Made by a program: the position numbers and the translations under genes
Notes under the pieces: model-generated
Seen by the model: only the letters and a program-made list of their open reading frames with translations
Databases searched by the model: none
Told to the model about the DNA's origin: nothing
In this document: positions 30,008 to 42,806 of the stretch, piece by piece
Numbering within the stretch: position 1 is the stretch's first letter
How the letters are laid out: every line of letters begins with the position of its first letter
NCBI GenBank assembly: GCA_051362555.1
Contig: CM120643.1
Span: 23,874,848 to 23,938,847, forward strand
Direction of reading: 5' to 3'
DNA: 64,000 nt
From: Lingula anatina
Lineage: Eukaryota > Animalia > Brachiopoda

Positions 30008-33000
30008 CCCAGCACATACAACAATGTAGTGAGATGATAATATAAATTGCGGGTAAAGTAAACATCGTTCATGTAGAATTTAAAAAGAGAAATGACAACG
30101 AGTAAAGATATAGGCCTACATGTAAGTATATTGACATCAAAATCGTTTATGAACACACTAGAACTTGAATGTAAACTGAATAATAAGTGAACAGAAAATG
30201 CGCGTAAATGATAAATCGATAACGTAACAAACAGTGATTGAGAATTGCGACACAGGTTCGTCCTTATCTGTAATTATTGTTCAGGCTATAAACAATGTCA
30301 ATCCTTGTATTGCTGCATTGGGTGCACTGATGTCAAACAACGACAACCAAAATTAATATCAACTATAACAGCTACAGACCATTACACAAATCTTTAATCT
30401 TTCACTTTCACAGATGTCGATGAATGCCAGGAGGGAACGTCTGGTTGTGTTCAAGTCTGCAACAATACTGAGGGGCATTTCAAATGTTCCTGTTTCGACG
30501 GTTACACGCTGTTCTCAGACGGAGTGTCCTGTACACGTAAGTGACTGACACGTGCATTACATGCAACTGTCTACATATATACATGAATCTAAATGAATCG
30601 ACATGAATCTAAATCTGAAATAAATTTTTCAGGCGATTTGCTTCCACTGCAGTGTATTTTGCCTAAAAACCCGTAATACTCAATGCCCTTAAGTTTTCCC
30701 CTTAGCCGCACAGGTTCTATATATGATAGTACACGATAATTAGTATATCAACATCTTTTTTTTCAAATTTGCATCTCAATCAAAGGAAACTGTAGACACT
30801 ATTCCTTCTAAATAGTTTTATGGTGTAAGAAAACGGAATTTATTAATATAGAATCGGTTGGTAAATTAGGTATGTTCATCGATATTAAGGCGTGTCATCA
30901 CATTGTTATTCAGCCACCCAGCCACAACGTTGCCAGGACCTTAACTGCGACCAGTTGTGTTTAGTTGATCCCAGTGGGCAGCCAGCCTGTGGATGTTATA
31001 TAGGCTACAGACTCATAGAGGGATTCCGCTGCATTGGTATGGTTCCATCTTTTCATTAATCTTTATATTACTTTTATATTTTTGATCATTACTATTATCT
31101 ATTAAACATGTTACATATATCGGTTTGTGCTTGCATTTATAACTTGTATAATAGGGTTTAAGAAATTGAACATGCATTTTTTTATTCAAAGCAAAAGAAC
31201 GCCTTCTCCCTACTGATTTCTATCAAATCACTACGATCCTATCCTTATCATCACATTTTAGTCTGTTACATTTTAACGATGGCGCGTGTACAGTTATTAC
31301 CTTCGTTGCTCTGTATAAGCTTTCTTATGTGATGTTGCATTTCACAGATATCAACGAGTGTGAAGACAATCAACTCAACAAGTGCAGCCAGAAATTGAAC
31401 TGTAAGAACACAGACGGTGGCTATCAATGTCACTGCGACATCGGCTATCAGCTCAGCACAGATCAAAGAACGTGTGTAGGTAAGTAAAGCAGGCGTCACA
31501 CATACATTTTCATAGTTCTCAAAGTGAAGCGTTCATCTTTTCATTTCCATGATAATGATTTTAAAGGTTAAAAAGGTTGTTAAGAAGTTTCCAGTAGTCG
31601 TTGGTTCGTTGGTTGTAGTTTGTTGAAATCGAAGTCCACGTTATTTTATCAGCTAATTAATGCCATTAATACCTCTCACAACCAACGTCCATGACCCATA
31701 TCTTTTAGGGTGCACCGGTAACACGTGGGGTGTCAACTGCAGTCGCACCTGCGATTGCGGAGACCGAGCCACGGAGTGCGACCCCGCCATCGGGTGTACC
31801 GGGTGCACAGCCGGCTGGACGGGGACCGAGTGCGACACAGATGTGAACGAGTGCGCGACAACTCCCGGAATATGCGGTGATCGGGGAGAGTGCGTGAACA
31901 ACCTGGGATCTTATGACTGTGTGTGTCCCTCCGGGTATATGAAGAGTCAGACAGGCAGTTGTAACGGTGAGTGGACATTTATGTTGTCAGAAAAAAATCA
32001 AATAGAGGACTGGCGATTCTTTATATAAAAATCTCCCTACTAAAAGAGATGTTGATTGACCATTTTTTGACATCTTTTTCCATGCCTAACTGAATGCCTG
32101 TCGTAGCCATCTATTTAATGTTTTTAAAATCGTAGATACGTGTTTGGTTCTTGTCCTTTCGGGAAAAATAATCATTTATTGTTATTATTTACCTATGTGT
32201 GTGGTATTAACTTTTTATGTGTGTATCTATGAAGTAATTACAGCCCAAATTCCATAAATGACACACTTATGTAGCTTATTTATAATAAAACAGAAAAATG
32301 TTGTGTTATAAAACTACTACATTTATCTTTGAATATGGGCAATACCGTTACCTCTGTTCCGTTCTGCCAGGCAATTACTGTTTCCAACTGTGTCCAAGAT
32401 CTATAAATAAATACATAAAAACATTATTAAACAAGGAAGTACATAACAGTTCAAATTAAAAATAATGACAAAAATATTTTCTGAAATGACAAGTGTCTGT
32501 AAATAAAACTTCTATAAGTCGTACATGTGCCGTCATACAGCCTTGCCGTTAAGTGGAAGCAAATAGTGTTACCTTTACACCAAGATAGATGAATGACTTT
32601 TGTAATGATTCTTTATTCTTTCATTTAGACATAGATGAGTGTTTGCTGGGTACGTATCAATGCCAGGCCACATGTGTCAACACTGCTGGAAGTTACAAGT
32701 GCGCTTGCAACGACGGCTATAGGTTGGTCGCCGACGGGTTCAGCTGTGAAGGCAAGTCATAATTTTTGTCTAACAATAGCATCAAAATATCGCAATTTTT
32801 TATCTTTAAAGAGTTCTTTAATGACGCTGACGTCACGTTTTTATTACTTTTAATATCCCGTAAGTTCCATACAAATGTTTTAGCTTATTTTCATTCTTTT
32901 CTACCTGCTTACTGGTAGTTAAATATTTGTCAGTTTAAGTTGGCATTTGGACATGGTGCTTCCATACCAAGTAAATCAGTTCAAATAAACGGATTGTCTT

Positions 33001-36000
33001 GGATCAAAACACACGTTAAAGATATGCTCTAATTTTATGATTGTCACTTGCCTTTAAACAATAGATAACATGAAAGGACGTGACAGTCTGAAACTATAAT
33101 GTTGAAAATGATATTTTATTATTTTATACATTTTTTTCCAGATGTGGACGAATGTTCAGGCGGCACACACCTCTGTGAATACATCTGCGACAACAAGAAC
33201 GGTTCTTATAGCTGCGCCTGTTATGATGGCTTCCAGTTGAATTTAGACGATGGGCATACGTGTGTTAAGAGTAAGAGACCATTTCCATACTATTCCCTAT
33301 CTTACTAACTGTGGATCGATCTATCTCCGAGGGGACTCTCGCTAAATTGCAATTAACTTAAGCGGCCTAGATGTCTGGCACGCTAGGGGATAATTAATTA
33401 TCGTTTATTAGCTTCAGTAGGCGTGCCAGACATCTAAGCCGCTTAAGCTGACAGCAATTTAGCGAGAAACCCCTCAGAAAAAATGGATCGATCCTGTTAC
33501 ATCGATCTAGGTATGGGAGGGCTAAGATAGCTAACAAATGTGTGTCGCTTCTGTTTCCACCAAGGCCTTATGCCACCCTATAAGAAAATTGGTTGTTATT
33601 TTTTTACTCTTTAAATGTATCATTATCTCAAACTGAATAGTTATATTTGCTCTTAACATGCTCTGGATTGATCCATCAACTTCCATATTCCATCATGTTT
33701 GCAACACTGCATGCCAAAGATCCTAACACCCGTCGATCGCATGTTACACTTAACAACTTCAGCGATGCTTTAATTTTCATCAAAATCAAAACTGGCTAAT
33801 AAACAGTTGCAGAGGGAATCACTGTACTGAATCGCCGTCTACGATGTTTTCCTTATCATGTAGTCTTGGTTTACACCGCATTAATACAACGTTCTAAGTA
33901 CTTAATAAATTATACCTATGGTGTATATATTTGCAGTACCTGATTATCCCGACAACTGTGCAGCAAATGGAGTCAACTGTACGTACGGCTGCGACGGCGT
34001 GGCCTGTATTTGTCCACTTGGATATACACTTGCTGCAGACGGCGTGAACTGCGACGGTGAGTTGCTTCGTGGTCAATTAACAGTCATCATTGCCCTACCT
34101 CTGTAGCTGTTGCGTGAATTATAAATGCTTTCGGTCGAGCGATTACATATTGCTGTAGTGATTTCATTTTGGCTTGATGTGCATAGAATACCCGTGCAAT
34201 GCAGTTATTACAATTGGCAGAGAATCCGAGGGTGAATCTTACCACATTTTGACAAAATTATCAAATATACTTTTTATAACTGTCATAAATTCGAATACCC
34301 GGTAGAATACGATCTTTAACCTCACTAGGTTATGTCTGTATAGGTCAGTTTTCTCTTATTCTTGATTTAATGTTCTTACGTCACGATAACACAAGGTTTT
34401 AATCAAACTTACCTCCATTGTAGATGTTGACGAGTGTTCCAATGCAACGCTGAACAGGTGTGACCCGCCCACTGCATGTGTTAATAACAATGGTAGCTAC
34501 ACGTGTCAGTGTGCCACTGGGTACTCTCTGGATACCGCGGACAGTAGGACTTGTAGAGGTAAGCAAAAATAAAAGTACAATCAGCTACTTGTGCAGATTA
34601 TCTGCCGTATTTGGTGCAAGATCTTGATGTCTCCTTTTTACAAGTAGGCTACTGATTTTTTCTTCCCAAAAGAAAGTTTGTAAACAACCCAAAACTTTAC
34701 CCAGACTTGCACAAGGCGTTTTGGTGAGGCGCGTTGAGGCTAGTATTTTTTTCTGCATTGAACAAGTTGGCAGTGATCTTAAACTTATTCAGCCTGGAAC
34801 GCTGATGGGTGTATACCTTAAAGTCCACGTATAATGATGAATACACATAGTCATCATACGCTTAGGCCTATAATTATCTCAAAGCACATGTTTCAGATAT
34901 TGACGAATGTATGGACACTCCATGCGGTCCCCATTCTCTGTGCAATAACACCGACGGTGCTTATACCTGCAACTGTGACAACGGATACCGAAAGAATGGC
35001 TCACAGTGCGTCAACATTGATGAATGTGCACATGGGCCGTGTGGCGCCAATGCAGACTGCAGGGACACCTCCGGTAGTTACTCGTGCACATGCAAGACAG
35101 GCTTCCACGGAGACGGTATCATGTGTTCCAATGTGGACGAATGCACCATTAGTGACCCATGCAGTATCAACGCACAATGTACGGATTTGACTGGATCTTA
35201 TATATGCTCGTGTAACGAAGGATTTTTCGGAGATGGTGTGGATTGCCGAGATGTCGACGAATGCGCGGCAAATTCCTTCAACTGCACTGCCCTAGAGACG
35301 TGCGTCAATACAGTTGGCTCGTACTACTGCGTGTGTTCATCAGGTTATAAACGGAACGTTACGTCAGGCAGATGCGAGGACATCGATGAGTGTAGTGTGA
35401 CGTCCACGTGCAGCGTGCATGCGACTTGTAGCAACGGCCAAGGGACATTTACGTGTGCGTGCAACGACGGCTACGTTGGCGACGGTTTTACCTGTTTCGG
35501 CCTTATGCGTCGTGATAGTAAGAATGCCTTTTTTAAGCAATTTTCTGATATATTTCTGCACTTAAATTCAAAATCACGTCATTGTACAAAGTAAGACTGC
35601 ATGTACAGTACTTGATTAATAAATTATAACCATGTCGATATATAAAAGTACTATTTCGAATTTTGTATGGGATAAAAAAGTGAAAAATATACTCATCATT
35701 ACCAGTGACTGGTCGTCTAATAAATACGTTCGATATGATATTGGGTAGGCCTATAAAGCTCATTGCAAAAAAAAAAAAAAAATTTAAACTGCAGGATAAT
35801 ATATCAGACAATATACACGAAAAACGAACATAAACCTATAGTCTCTATTGGTATTTTCATTATCTTTCAGTACGGCTGAGATTGTTGGTACCTTATTTGA
35901 CTGAATATGGAGACGTAAATTCCCAGCAGTACCGAAGTCTCATGAATGCGGTAAGTACATTTTCGTTGTCTTTAGAACATTAGGCCTACCTAATATATAC

Positions 36001-39000
36001 ACAAAGGCATACAAAGTAGGATGATATTAGTACCAAGCACAATTTGTAACAGTATCGTGTGAATAATCTTTTTTCTTGGTAATGAAAACGCATTACAAAT
36101 ACTTGTGTACAAACAATTTTACATATTTTTACTGTTCGTACATGCCATTTTAGTTACATGATGTGTGTGCACAATTTAGAGACCGCGTTTTTACCTTACC
36201 GTTTTTAAGTGTAATTCAGGTGCCGAAATCAAAAGATGCTTAACACTTATTTTGTAAGGCTTGTTGTTTTGAAGCATCTATTTGCTTTGACGGTCATGCT
36301 TTTCGTGTTACATTGTTGCACATAATAATGATAACTTGAAAAAAAATAACGCCAATCAACTATATAGATCTCTCTCTTTTATTTCAGATTTCCTCTCTTT
36401 ACAGTGGACTGAGTGGTTTTTCGTCCGTCAAGATTATTGGGATAAGGTGATTACTAAATATTCAGATTTTGTTTTATTAAAAACCATTGAGATGGTAAAA
36501 TAAATTAACGTGTTTTCTTTGTAACACTTAAATGAAGAAAAAAACCTGACACAGGGTATTATTTCTTACATTTAGTGGTTCTATCATTGTCGACCATCAA
36601 GTGGAAGTCCGTGGCAACATAACTGACGACACCATAGCAGAGTTTGTTACGCAACGCTTGATAAGTACTAACTACAGGCTGAACAGTAGTGACACGGTGT
36701 TTCCTGTCATCGGCGTGCCAGAGTTTCTCGACGGAAACGTAACAGGTAACGCAGCATTAACAGTGCTTAATAGTAAATGACCTCTGCCCATGCGATTTTT
36801 CCATATGTGTGTGTGGTGGTGGTGGTGGGGGGGGGTATTTATAAAGCATTTTATTGTTCCCTTCACACGCTCCATCATAAGTCTCTTACTTTTCCTTCAG
36901 TCAACTCTCAGGTGAGTGCCACAGGCGGTACAAATCACCAGCTTGCAACTATACTGTACACCTTTAACCCCCCTTTACGACTGTGATGTAAATGGTGTTT
37001 GTTTTGGAAGTTTTGGAAAAGATACATGTATTTTAGAGACGCTAGCGTGGTCACATTTTACCAGTAACAACTTTAATACGGCCCTGTCCCTGTGTGTTTA
37101 ACTGCGTGTCCAAACCTAGCTTGACAGTCCGTGCATTCCACTGTGCGGCACCTAATATGCGAATTTCATAATATTTTTGTGAGTTGTTCGATTCAGACCA
37201 TATAGTTGTTCTTCTAGATCCTATATATAAGTGTGAAGTCACGCCATACAAGTGCCAAAACGGAGGGAGATGCGTGCAGGAAGGAAGAGGATACTGCAGG
37301 TAGGACACGTTAAACTGTTTTGTGGAAAACCGGATGATAAAATCTAAACTGACAAAATATATATATTTTGTATTTAATGGGAGCATCAGACTGGTGCGTT
37401 GGTTTCGGGAATTGTTTTATGAAATTGGAGAGACTCAGAATGTCTGTTTGGCCTTTTTAAAAAATATAGGCCTATAATTGCATTTTTCAACTTTCTTCGT
37501 GTTCAGAATATCTTTACAGTACGTATCTATTCAAAAAAATTTTTCTTGGAGAATGCCACTGATTTTAAGCGTAATCCATACGTTTTCCGTTTATACGCAA
37601 AGTTGCAACTGTATCCAAATTCTTTATTTTATGCATTGGTTAATTCAATTCTTTTTTTTTTTTTTTAATTAAAACTTATATCAACTTCATATACCTTTTG
37701 TATTTATAATGGCGGTTCAAAAAAGGGAAAAAACTATTAATTTTAATTTTTGAATAAAAACTAAAAAAATTACTTCAGCTGCCCAAGCGGTTGGCAGGGC
37801 GACCAGTGCGAGACGTCATCTGAGCTCGGCGCAGCAATGATAGCGGTGATTGTCATGGCAACGGTCCTGGGAGCTCTTCTAATAGGCATCATCGTGGTGT
37901 TGTGTTGTCGAATATGTAGGCGGCGCCAAAGGAGGAGTAGGCGGATGCCTAAAGAAGAGTAAGTATAGTATAAAGAGTAAGACAGTATATCTTCAGGCCA
38001 TGCAAAATGAGTAAAATTTAGTGAAGTATTCTCACATGCTGTTTACAGTAGACAACACACAGTGGTATAAATATACCCAGTAGGCCAACATATAGTTCAT
38101 GAAACTTTAAGTTAAAATAACTACAGATTTTAGAGACGAAAGTCTGTATTTATAAAAGATATTATCGCTGTCTTGTAAATTTTCATATTACTTTAAATGA
38201 TATATTTTAGTATTTCTCATTTGCCAATATTTCATCATTTAATTTCAGTATCACCAGACCTTCTTACGGCCCTGTCACCGGTTTCTTCCATCCTAAATAC
38301 GGCCGTCCGTACTGGCGGTCAATGATGGACGGCCGGGCAGACACGTCAACCTCGGGAAGCACTTGGTCCAGTAGCGATACCGACGGGACGTCAACGTTAC
38401 CCGTGCGTGAGGATAGGCTCCACAGGGGTTTTCTACCGGGTCTGTCGTACCACATGTGGGGGTCTCTGGTGGGCACAACCACCTCTGATGATAGACGTGA
38501 GTGACTTAAGCCTCTGCCAAACTTTTGAGTACATTAAGCCCTTGTGATTTCCTTGTGATTGACTTTTTCAGTTACGTAAAGTCAAAATTCCAAACGTTTG
38601 CTATTACTTAATAAAATTCAAAACTTGGTTCTTTAACTGTGATTCCTAATTAATTATAAATTTCTTTTCAAAAATCTGTCCAGATATATAATTCCAATTT
38701 AAGGCCGAGGCATTATTTGAAAATACAATAGCAGTTGCATGCTAACAAGTCTCTCGTGCGTTTTTCCACAGACACCGAGGACACTGAAGATCAGTCCACC
38801 GAAAACGTTGCTTGGGAAGTGGTCGTAGGGGACACTTTAGACCCTAACAGAGAGTTTAAGATTAAGAGGCCAATTGTTGAAGCGACCGCACGCAATGCAA
38901 ATGAGGTATAGTTTTGTGTTTGGCTGAGATGTCCGCCCTCTCTGAAATAGACGAACTTAAAAGTGATTAGATTTTGGTGATGACCCACTGATTAATTAAC

Positions 39001-39055
39001 TGTTAGTTTATTATTTGTCTTGGCGGAGGTCTGCGCTCTCTGAGTTCTTTTATAG

Positions 39056-39097
<42 letters not shown>

Positions 39098-39259
39098 GCA
39101 GTAGTAGTATAAATGTTGATAATGATTAAATGATAATGATTTGCGGTCATATTGTTTTGTCGTCTTTCATTTAGAGTATGCAAGCTTATGAGCATTTTTT
39201 CAATTAAATTAATTTTTTTTGTCCTACAGCTTCGTCTTCAACCAGAAAGCTACACCTAA
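1..39259 (+). CDS. Giant transmembrane mucin-like protein, MUC4/SUSD2-like (PTS repeat-NIDO-AMOP-vWD-EGF/cbEGF array-SEA-EGF-TM-cytoplasmic tail); multi-exon gene, 5' end outside window
   Basis: Phase-consistent exon chain: <1-22128, 22917-23065, 23323-23670, 24015-24231, 24467-24664, 25298-25371, 25926-26163, 26437-26676, 26962-27090, 27308-27508, 27871-28128, 28338-28554, 28858-29021, 29414-29581, 29787-29927, 30414-30536, 30914-31036, 31348-31479, 31709-31966, 32629-32751, 33142-33270, 33937-34056, 34424-34558, 34897-35517, 35871-35950, 36388-36446, 36576-36745, 37218-37299, 37779-37958, 38249-38496, 38772-38905, 39230-39259 (LRLQPESYT*). Confidence 0.88.
22521..22727. mobile_element. MITE-like non-autonomous element with terminal inverted repeats (mucin intron)
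   Basis: Left end cattcccatagatttagatcg is the reverse complement of right end cgatctaaaatctatgggaatg (one indel). Internal sequence is shared with 33296-33520. Confidence 0.7.
22917..24231 (+). CDS. NIDO domain exons of the mucin (22917-23065, 23323-23670, 24015-24231)
   Basis: Spliced translation gives [15 protein letters not shown]|[26 protein letters not shown] and [20 protein letters not shown], all typical NIDO motifs. Confidence 0.88.
24467..26163 (+). CDS. End of NIDO plus AMOP domain exons (24467-24664, 25298-25371, 25926-26163)
   Basis: [29 protein letters not shown] and [23 protein letters not shown] are AMOP hallmark motifs. Confidence 0.88.
25552..25585. repeat. (AAT)n microsatellite
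   Basis: Direct reading. Confidence 0.9.
26437..28128 (+). CDS. von Willebrand factor type D domain exons (26437-26676, 26962-27090, 27308-27508, 27871-28128)
   Basis: [64 protein letters not shown]|W and C.FDFL, as in MUC4/SUSD2 vWD domains. Confidence 0.92.
28338..35517 (+). CDS. Ig/cadherin-like linker followed by an EGF and calcium-binding EGF array (about 17 modules including one laminin-type EGF) of the mucin
   Basis: Repeated D(V/I)(D/N)EC...C.N..GSY.C.C..G(Y/F) motifs in phase-1/phase-1 exons. Exon 34897-35517 encodes five cbEGF modules. Confidence 0.92.
29974..30005. repeat. (GATA)n microsatellite
   Basis: Direct reading. Confidence 0.9.
33296..33520. mobile_element. Palindromic (foldback) MITE-like element, same family as 22521-22727
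   Basis: ctcgctaaattgc..cttaagcggcctagatgtctggcacgc pairs with gcgtgccagacatctaagccgcttaag..gcaatttagcgag. ggatcgatc occurs near both ends. Confidence 0.72.
35871..36745 (+). CDS. SEA domain exons (35871-35950, 36388-36446, 36576-36745)
   Basis: Spliced translation [47 protein letters not shown] matches the SEA pattern and includes a G/SVVV-type cleavage motif. Confidence 0.8.
37218..39259 (+). CDS. Juxtamembrane EGF, transmembrane helix and cytoplasmic tail exons of the mucin
   Basis: [20 protein letters not shown] is followed by hydrophobic [26 protein letters not shown] and basic RRRQRRSRR. The tail contains several Tyr and FKIKRP. Stop TAA at 39257-39259. Confidence 0.85.
39058..39097. 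repeat. (ATT)n microsatellite
   Basis: Direct reading. Confidence 0.9.
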
Positions 39260-39543
39260 AGAAAAAGACAAAGCCACCAAGGGAGAACGCCAGTGGACAC
39301 GGATGGTTTAGGAAGAGCTCGTTTTAATTTAGAATATCGTCCTGAGAATTGTATCAAACCCGAATTTTACCTCTGTCTACCATCGCCAAGCTATGACTTG
39401 TGCTGGGTAGCCAATACAAACCAAAGGGTACAAACTCGGCGTGCGAAACAAGTGCTTGCATGCTTACATTTTCTTCCAGTGGGCTGTAGACATTAAACAA
39501 ATGTATATACTGATACACCTTGTCCAGGATTTTTGATTATTGG

Positions 39544-39549
39544 AATAAA
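39544..39549 (+). promoter_or_regulatory. Candidate polyadenylation signal of the mucin (alternative AATAAA near 40149)
   Basis: AATAAA about 285 nt after the stop codon. Confidence 0.4.
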
Positions 39550-41939
39550 ATACTCATCGATCTCGGGGGCTTCATTCTCTGGTGTATTTAAGCGCACACT
39601 ACTTGCACCATAGTTTATGAATATTTTAGTCACACTTAACTTTTGTACACCATTTTCATCAGATCCATCCGAAATAAGATATAATTATATATTCATTATT
39701 TATTTATAGATTTATTATCTTAAGTGTAGATCAAAGAGAGCACTGTAATCAAGCTATCAAAGCAAACATAAAGTTATGCATATAGAACATTGAGTGGTGC
39801 CATGTAATATTATTGCAATGCGTTAAATCAATGAAAACTTCAGACCAAACTTGCTGTAACTTATGCAGCAGCATGTGCTGAACTATATATGTGTATGTGC
39901 AATGTGATATGATTGCGAAAAATAAGCAATTCGCTACTTTACTGTTTTAAATTGTACATCCAAACACTGTCTTTTCCTTACAAAGCAAAGCTGTGATACG
40001 GGTTATGTTTCTTTACCCTTGTGCCATATATGTAAGGATCAACAATGTTTATAAATATTTGTTGATTTTTGTTTTATATATATATGCATATATATATATA
40101 CATACTTGGTTTATGTAGAATGTTATCAATTTTATGAATACGTACAAGAATAAAACGCATTTCTTATATTGTGCTATTTGGTTGTTTATATCCAAGATTT
40201 TGCTTATATATAACGTAAATTAAAAACAAATGAACACAAGTCATGAATAAAACATCTTTAAAATGTGTGTCTTAAAATAGGAGAAATGTGGCACGCTCTA
40301 GCTTACATCTGGTTTCTTAATTCTTTTTCGCATGTTCATCTTTTTCATTGAAAAAAGATAATGAGAAGACACTCGGGCATTGCAAATGCAAGTTTTTTTT
40401 AATGTTCGAAGGAAAATATTATACATATAAATCATTTGATCAAATGCCAAATCTATCATACCGGTGTTTTTCGGTATTTGGTTTTCACATTGAAATGTTT
40501 CAGCAAGGGGATACCTTTTAAATTGATTTCGTACTGTCACACTTCAGTTTGTACCTAGCTAACGTGGAGATACATGCTAATTATTGAATGTCTTTTTAAT
40601 ATAGCGTCTACAACAGTGCAACTTGTGGGTAGTTATTTTACAGGCCCGTAGCCGGGGGGGGGGAGGGGGGGGAGGGGGGTTCCGTCAATCTGTAAACATT
40701 TCTACTAACTGTTGTTACAAAATATAAAAGTCAATTTATGAATTTATAAATCCCCAGATAACAGTGATCACGCCAATATCAGTGTAGTCTCGGTTGAAAC
40801 GCCCCAATTTTGGCAACAACCTGACCTTCAAATACTTTCAGTAGCCCAATGTTGGTTCAACATCATCCAACTCATTGCGTTTCATCTAACAGCAAGTTTC
40901 AAACCGACTCTGTCACTGTGGCAATGCAGTTGCAACCATTTTTAACTGTGATTACACTAAACTCTGAAGGTACAACTGTGAAACATGTAGGCTTAAGAAC
41001 CCATTCGTGAATGATCCCTATTGTATTTTTACTGGCATTCTTTTAAAAAGATGGATTTTACGGTTAATACAGTCTACTGGTTTTGCACAGTATCTATTTT
41101 TGCATATTATTATAAGTATTTACCTCTACATCAAACAACTTTGCTAATTTGCACCCTCCCAATTTTTGAAATAATTTTTATTATAAAATCTTGAAATACT
41201 ATGTATCGTTTACCTCCACCACCCGGGGCCTTTATAGATTACTTAAAATTTATTTTTTTTCTGCTTATCAGTATACTTCATATGGACTTAAGCAAGACTG
41301 AATATTATAACCACCTTGCTCAGCATATTCATTGTTTTTATTACAAAATAATTATATACATGAAGTACAATACACATCTAGTCATTTCTGTGTACATGAA
41401 TGAGTTACTGTATTTCCCAGAATAGAAGCATCCTAGTTACACCTGAAGACGTACATAATCAAAGAAACATTGGGGTCAGTTCACACTAGGTACACTGTGA
41501 CATGCCATTTGATATCTTATATTGTTTTCAAACAGTTCCTAAATGTACATTTTACTCGCCATGTACATGCCTCTGTGCTTTTTAACATAAAGTTTTATCC
41601 AAGTAACATCGCCAAAGACGCCAAAATGAACATTATCCACTACGAATGTTGTGCCCTGTCAAAGTATATTCAATGCTGACATCAAAAAGAAAGAAAAAAA
41701 ATATGTGACCCATGGCTGGTTTTTCCACAGAACAGAAATCACCTGCTGGCCTTTGCTAAAACAATGACAAACGTGTGACAACTCATGCTTATATTCTTTC
41801 CTTGGTGCCATAAATATTCTCTCTCCCCAAAGGAATTTAAAAAAACTGTCAAATATGCTCCCATTAGAGATCACAGATATGCTGTCCATGTAACAGGATT
41901 GGTGGATAAAAAAGTCATCAGTTTGTAAAGGTGTTATAA

Positions 41940-42762
41940 TTATGTAGGAGCAGAGACCAGTCCAGCAGGGCCCTGTCCTAGAGTCTGCCCTCCCACTGTG
42001 CTCTCCAGGGGCTTGAAGCCCAGCTCCTCTGTTGGTATGCCAAACTGGTTTAACTTGGACTCGTATGTTCTTAACAGGTCGTTATGGGCCTGGAAAATAG
42101 AATTTAGTTTAAATGTAAACTATTTAAAACCTTAAATCTCATTTTCACGTATGGGAATGTGGATGAAGGTTGGTTGAGAAAGTGACACTGCACCTTAAAT
42201 TTGTATATTAGTTCAATATAAAATTAATTTTTGTGTCAAGTCACAGGTATGACTGATCTGGACTCAACGTGCTTAAATATAATCAAGTCCCCCCAACCAG
42301 AAGAAAGACAAAAGAAAGAAATGCAAAGAACACGAACAATAGTGTACTCTCTCAGACTTTCATTCTTTAAAATGCTTCAAGTGAATTAAATGTAAGTACA
42401 TTTTGATGTTTACAAAATGGACATGAATTCGTAAGCTCACCTTGCACACTCTGGCCAGTTCATACTGCAGATCTTTGATAGCGCTGTTCTTGGAGTCCAA
42501 CACATCCTAGAAAAAAATAATAATAACAATAAACATTTTGTTTAGATGAATATTAAAACCATGACTTTTGTGCCTGTACAATAACTACATTACATGATCT
42601 TAAACATAACTGCTCAACACTTGCCAAATTTAAAACTGTTTTCAAAAACACAGTAAATAATCCAGAGCAGATCTGCTGTGGTGCTTTTTAACAGGCACTG
42701 GTGACATCTATAGGCTTTGACTCACAACTAATTGGCACACACACACACACACACACACACAA

Positions 42763-42806
<44 letters not shown>

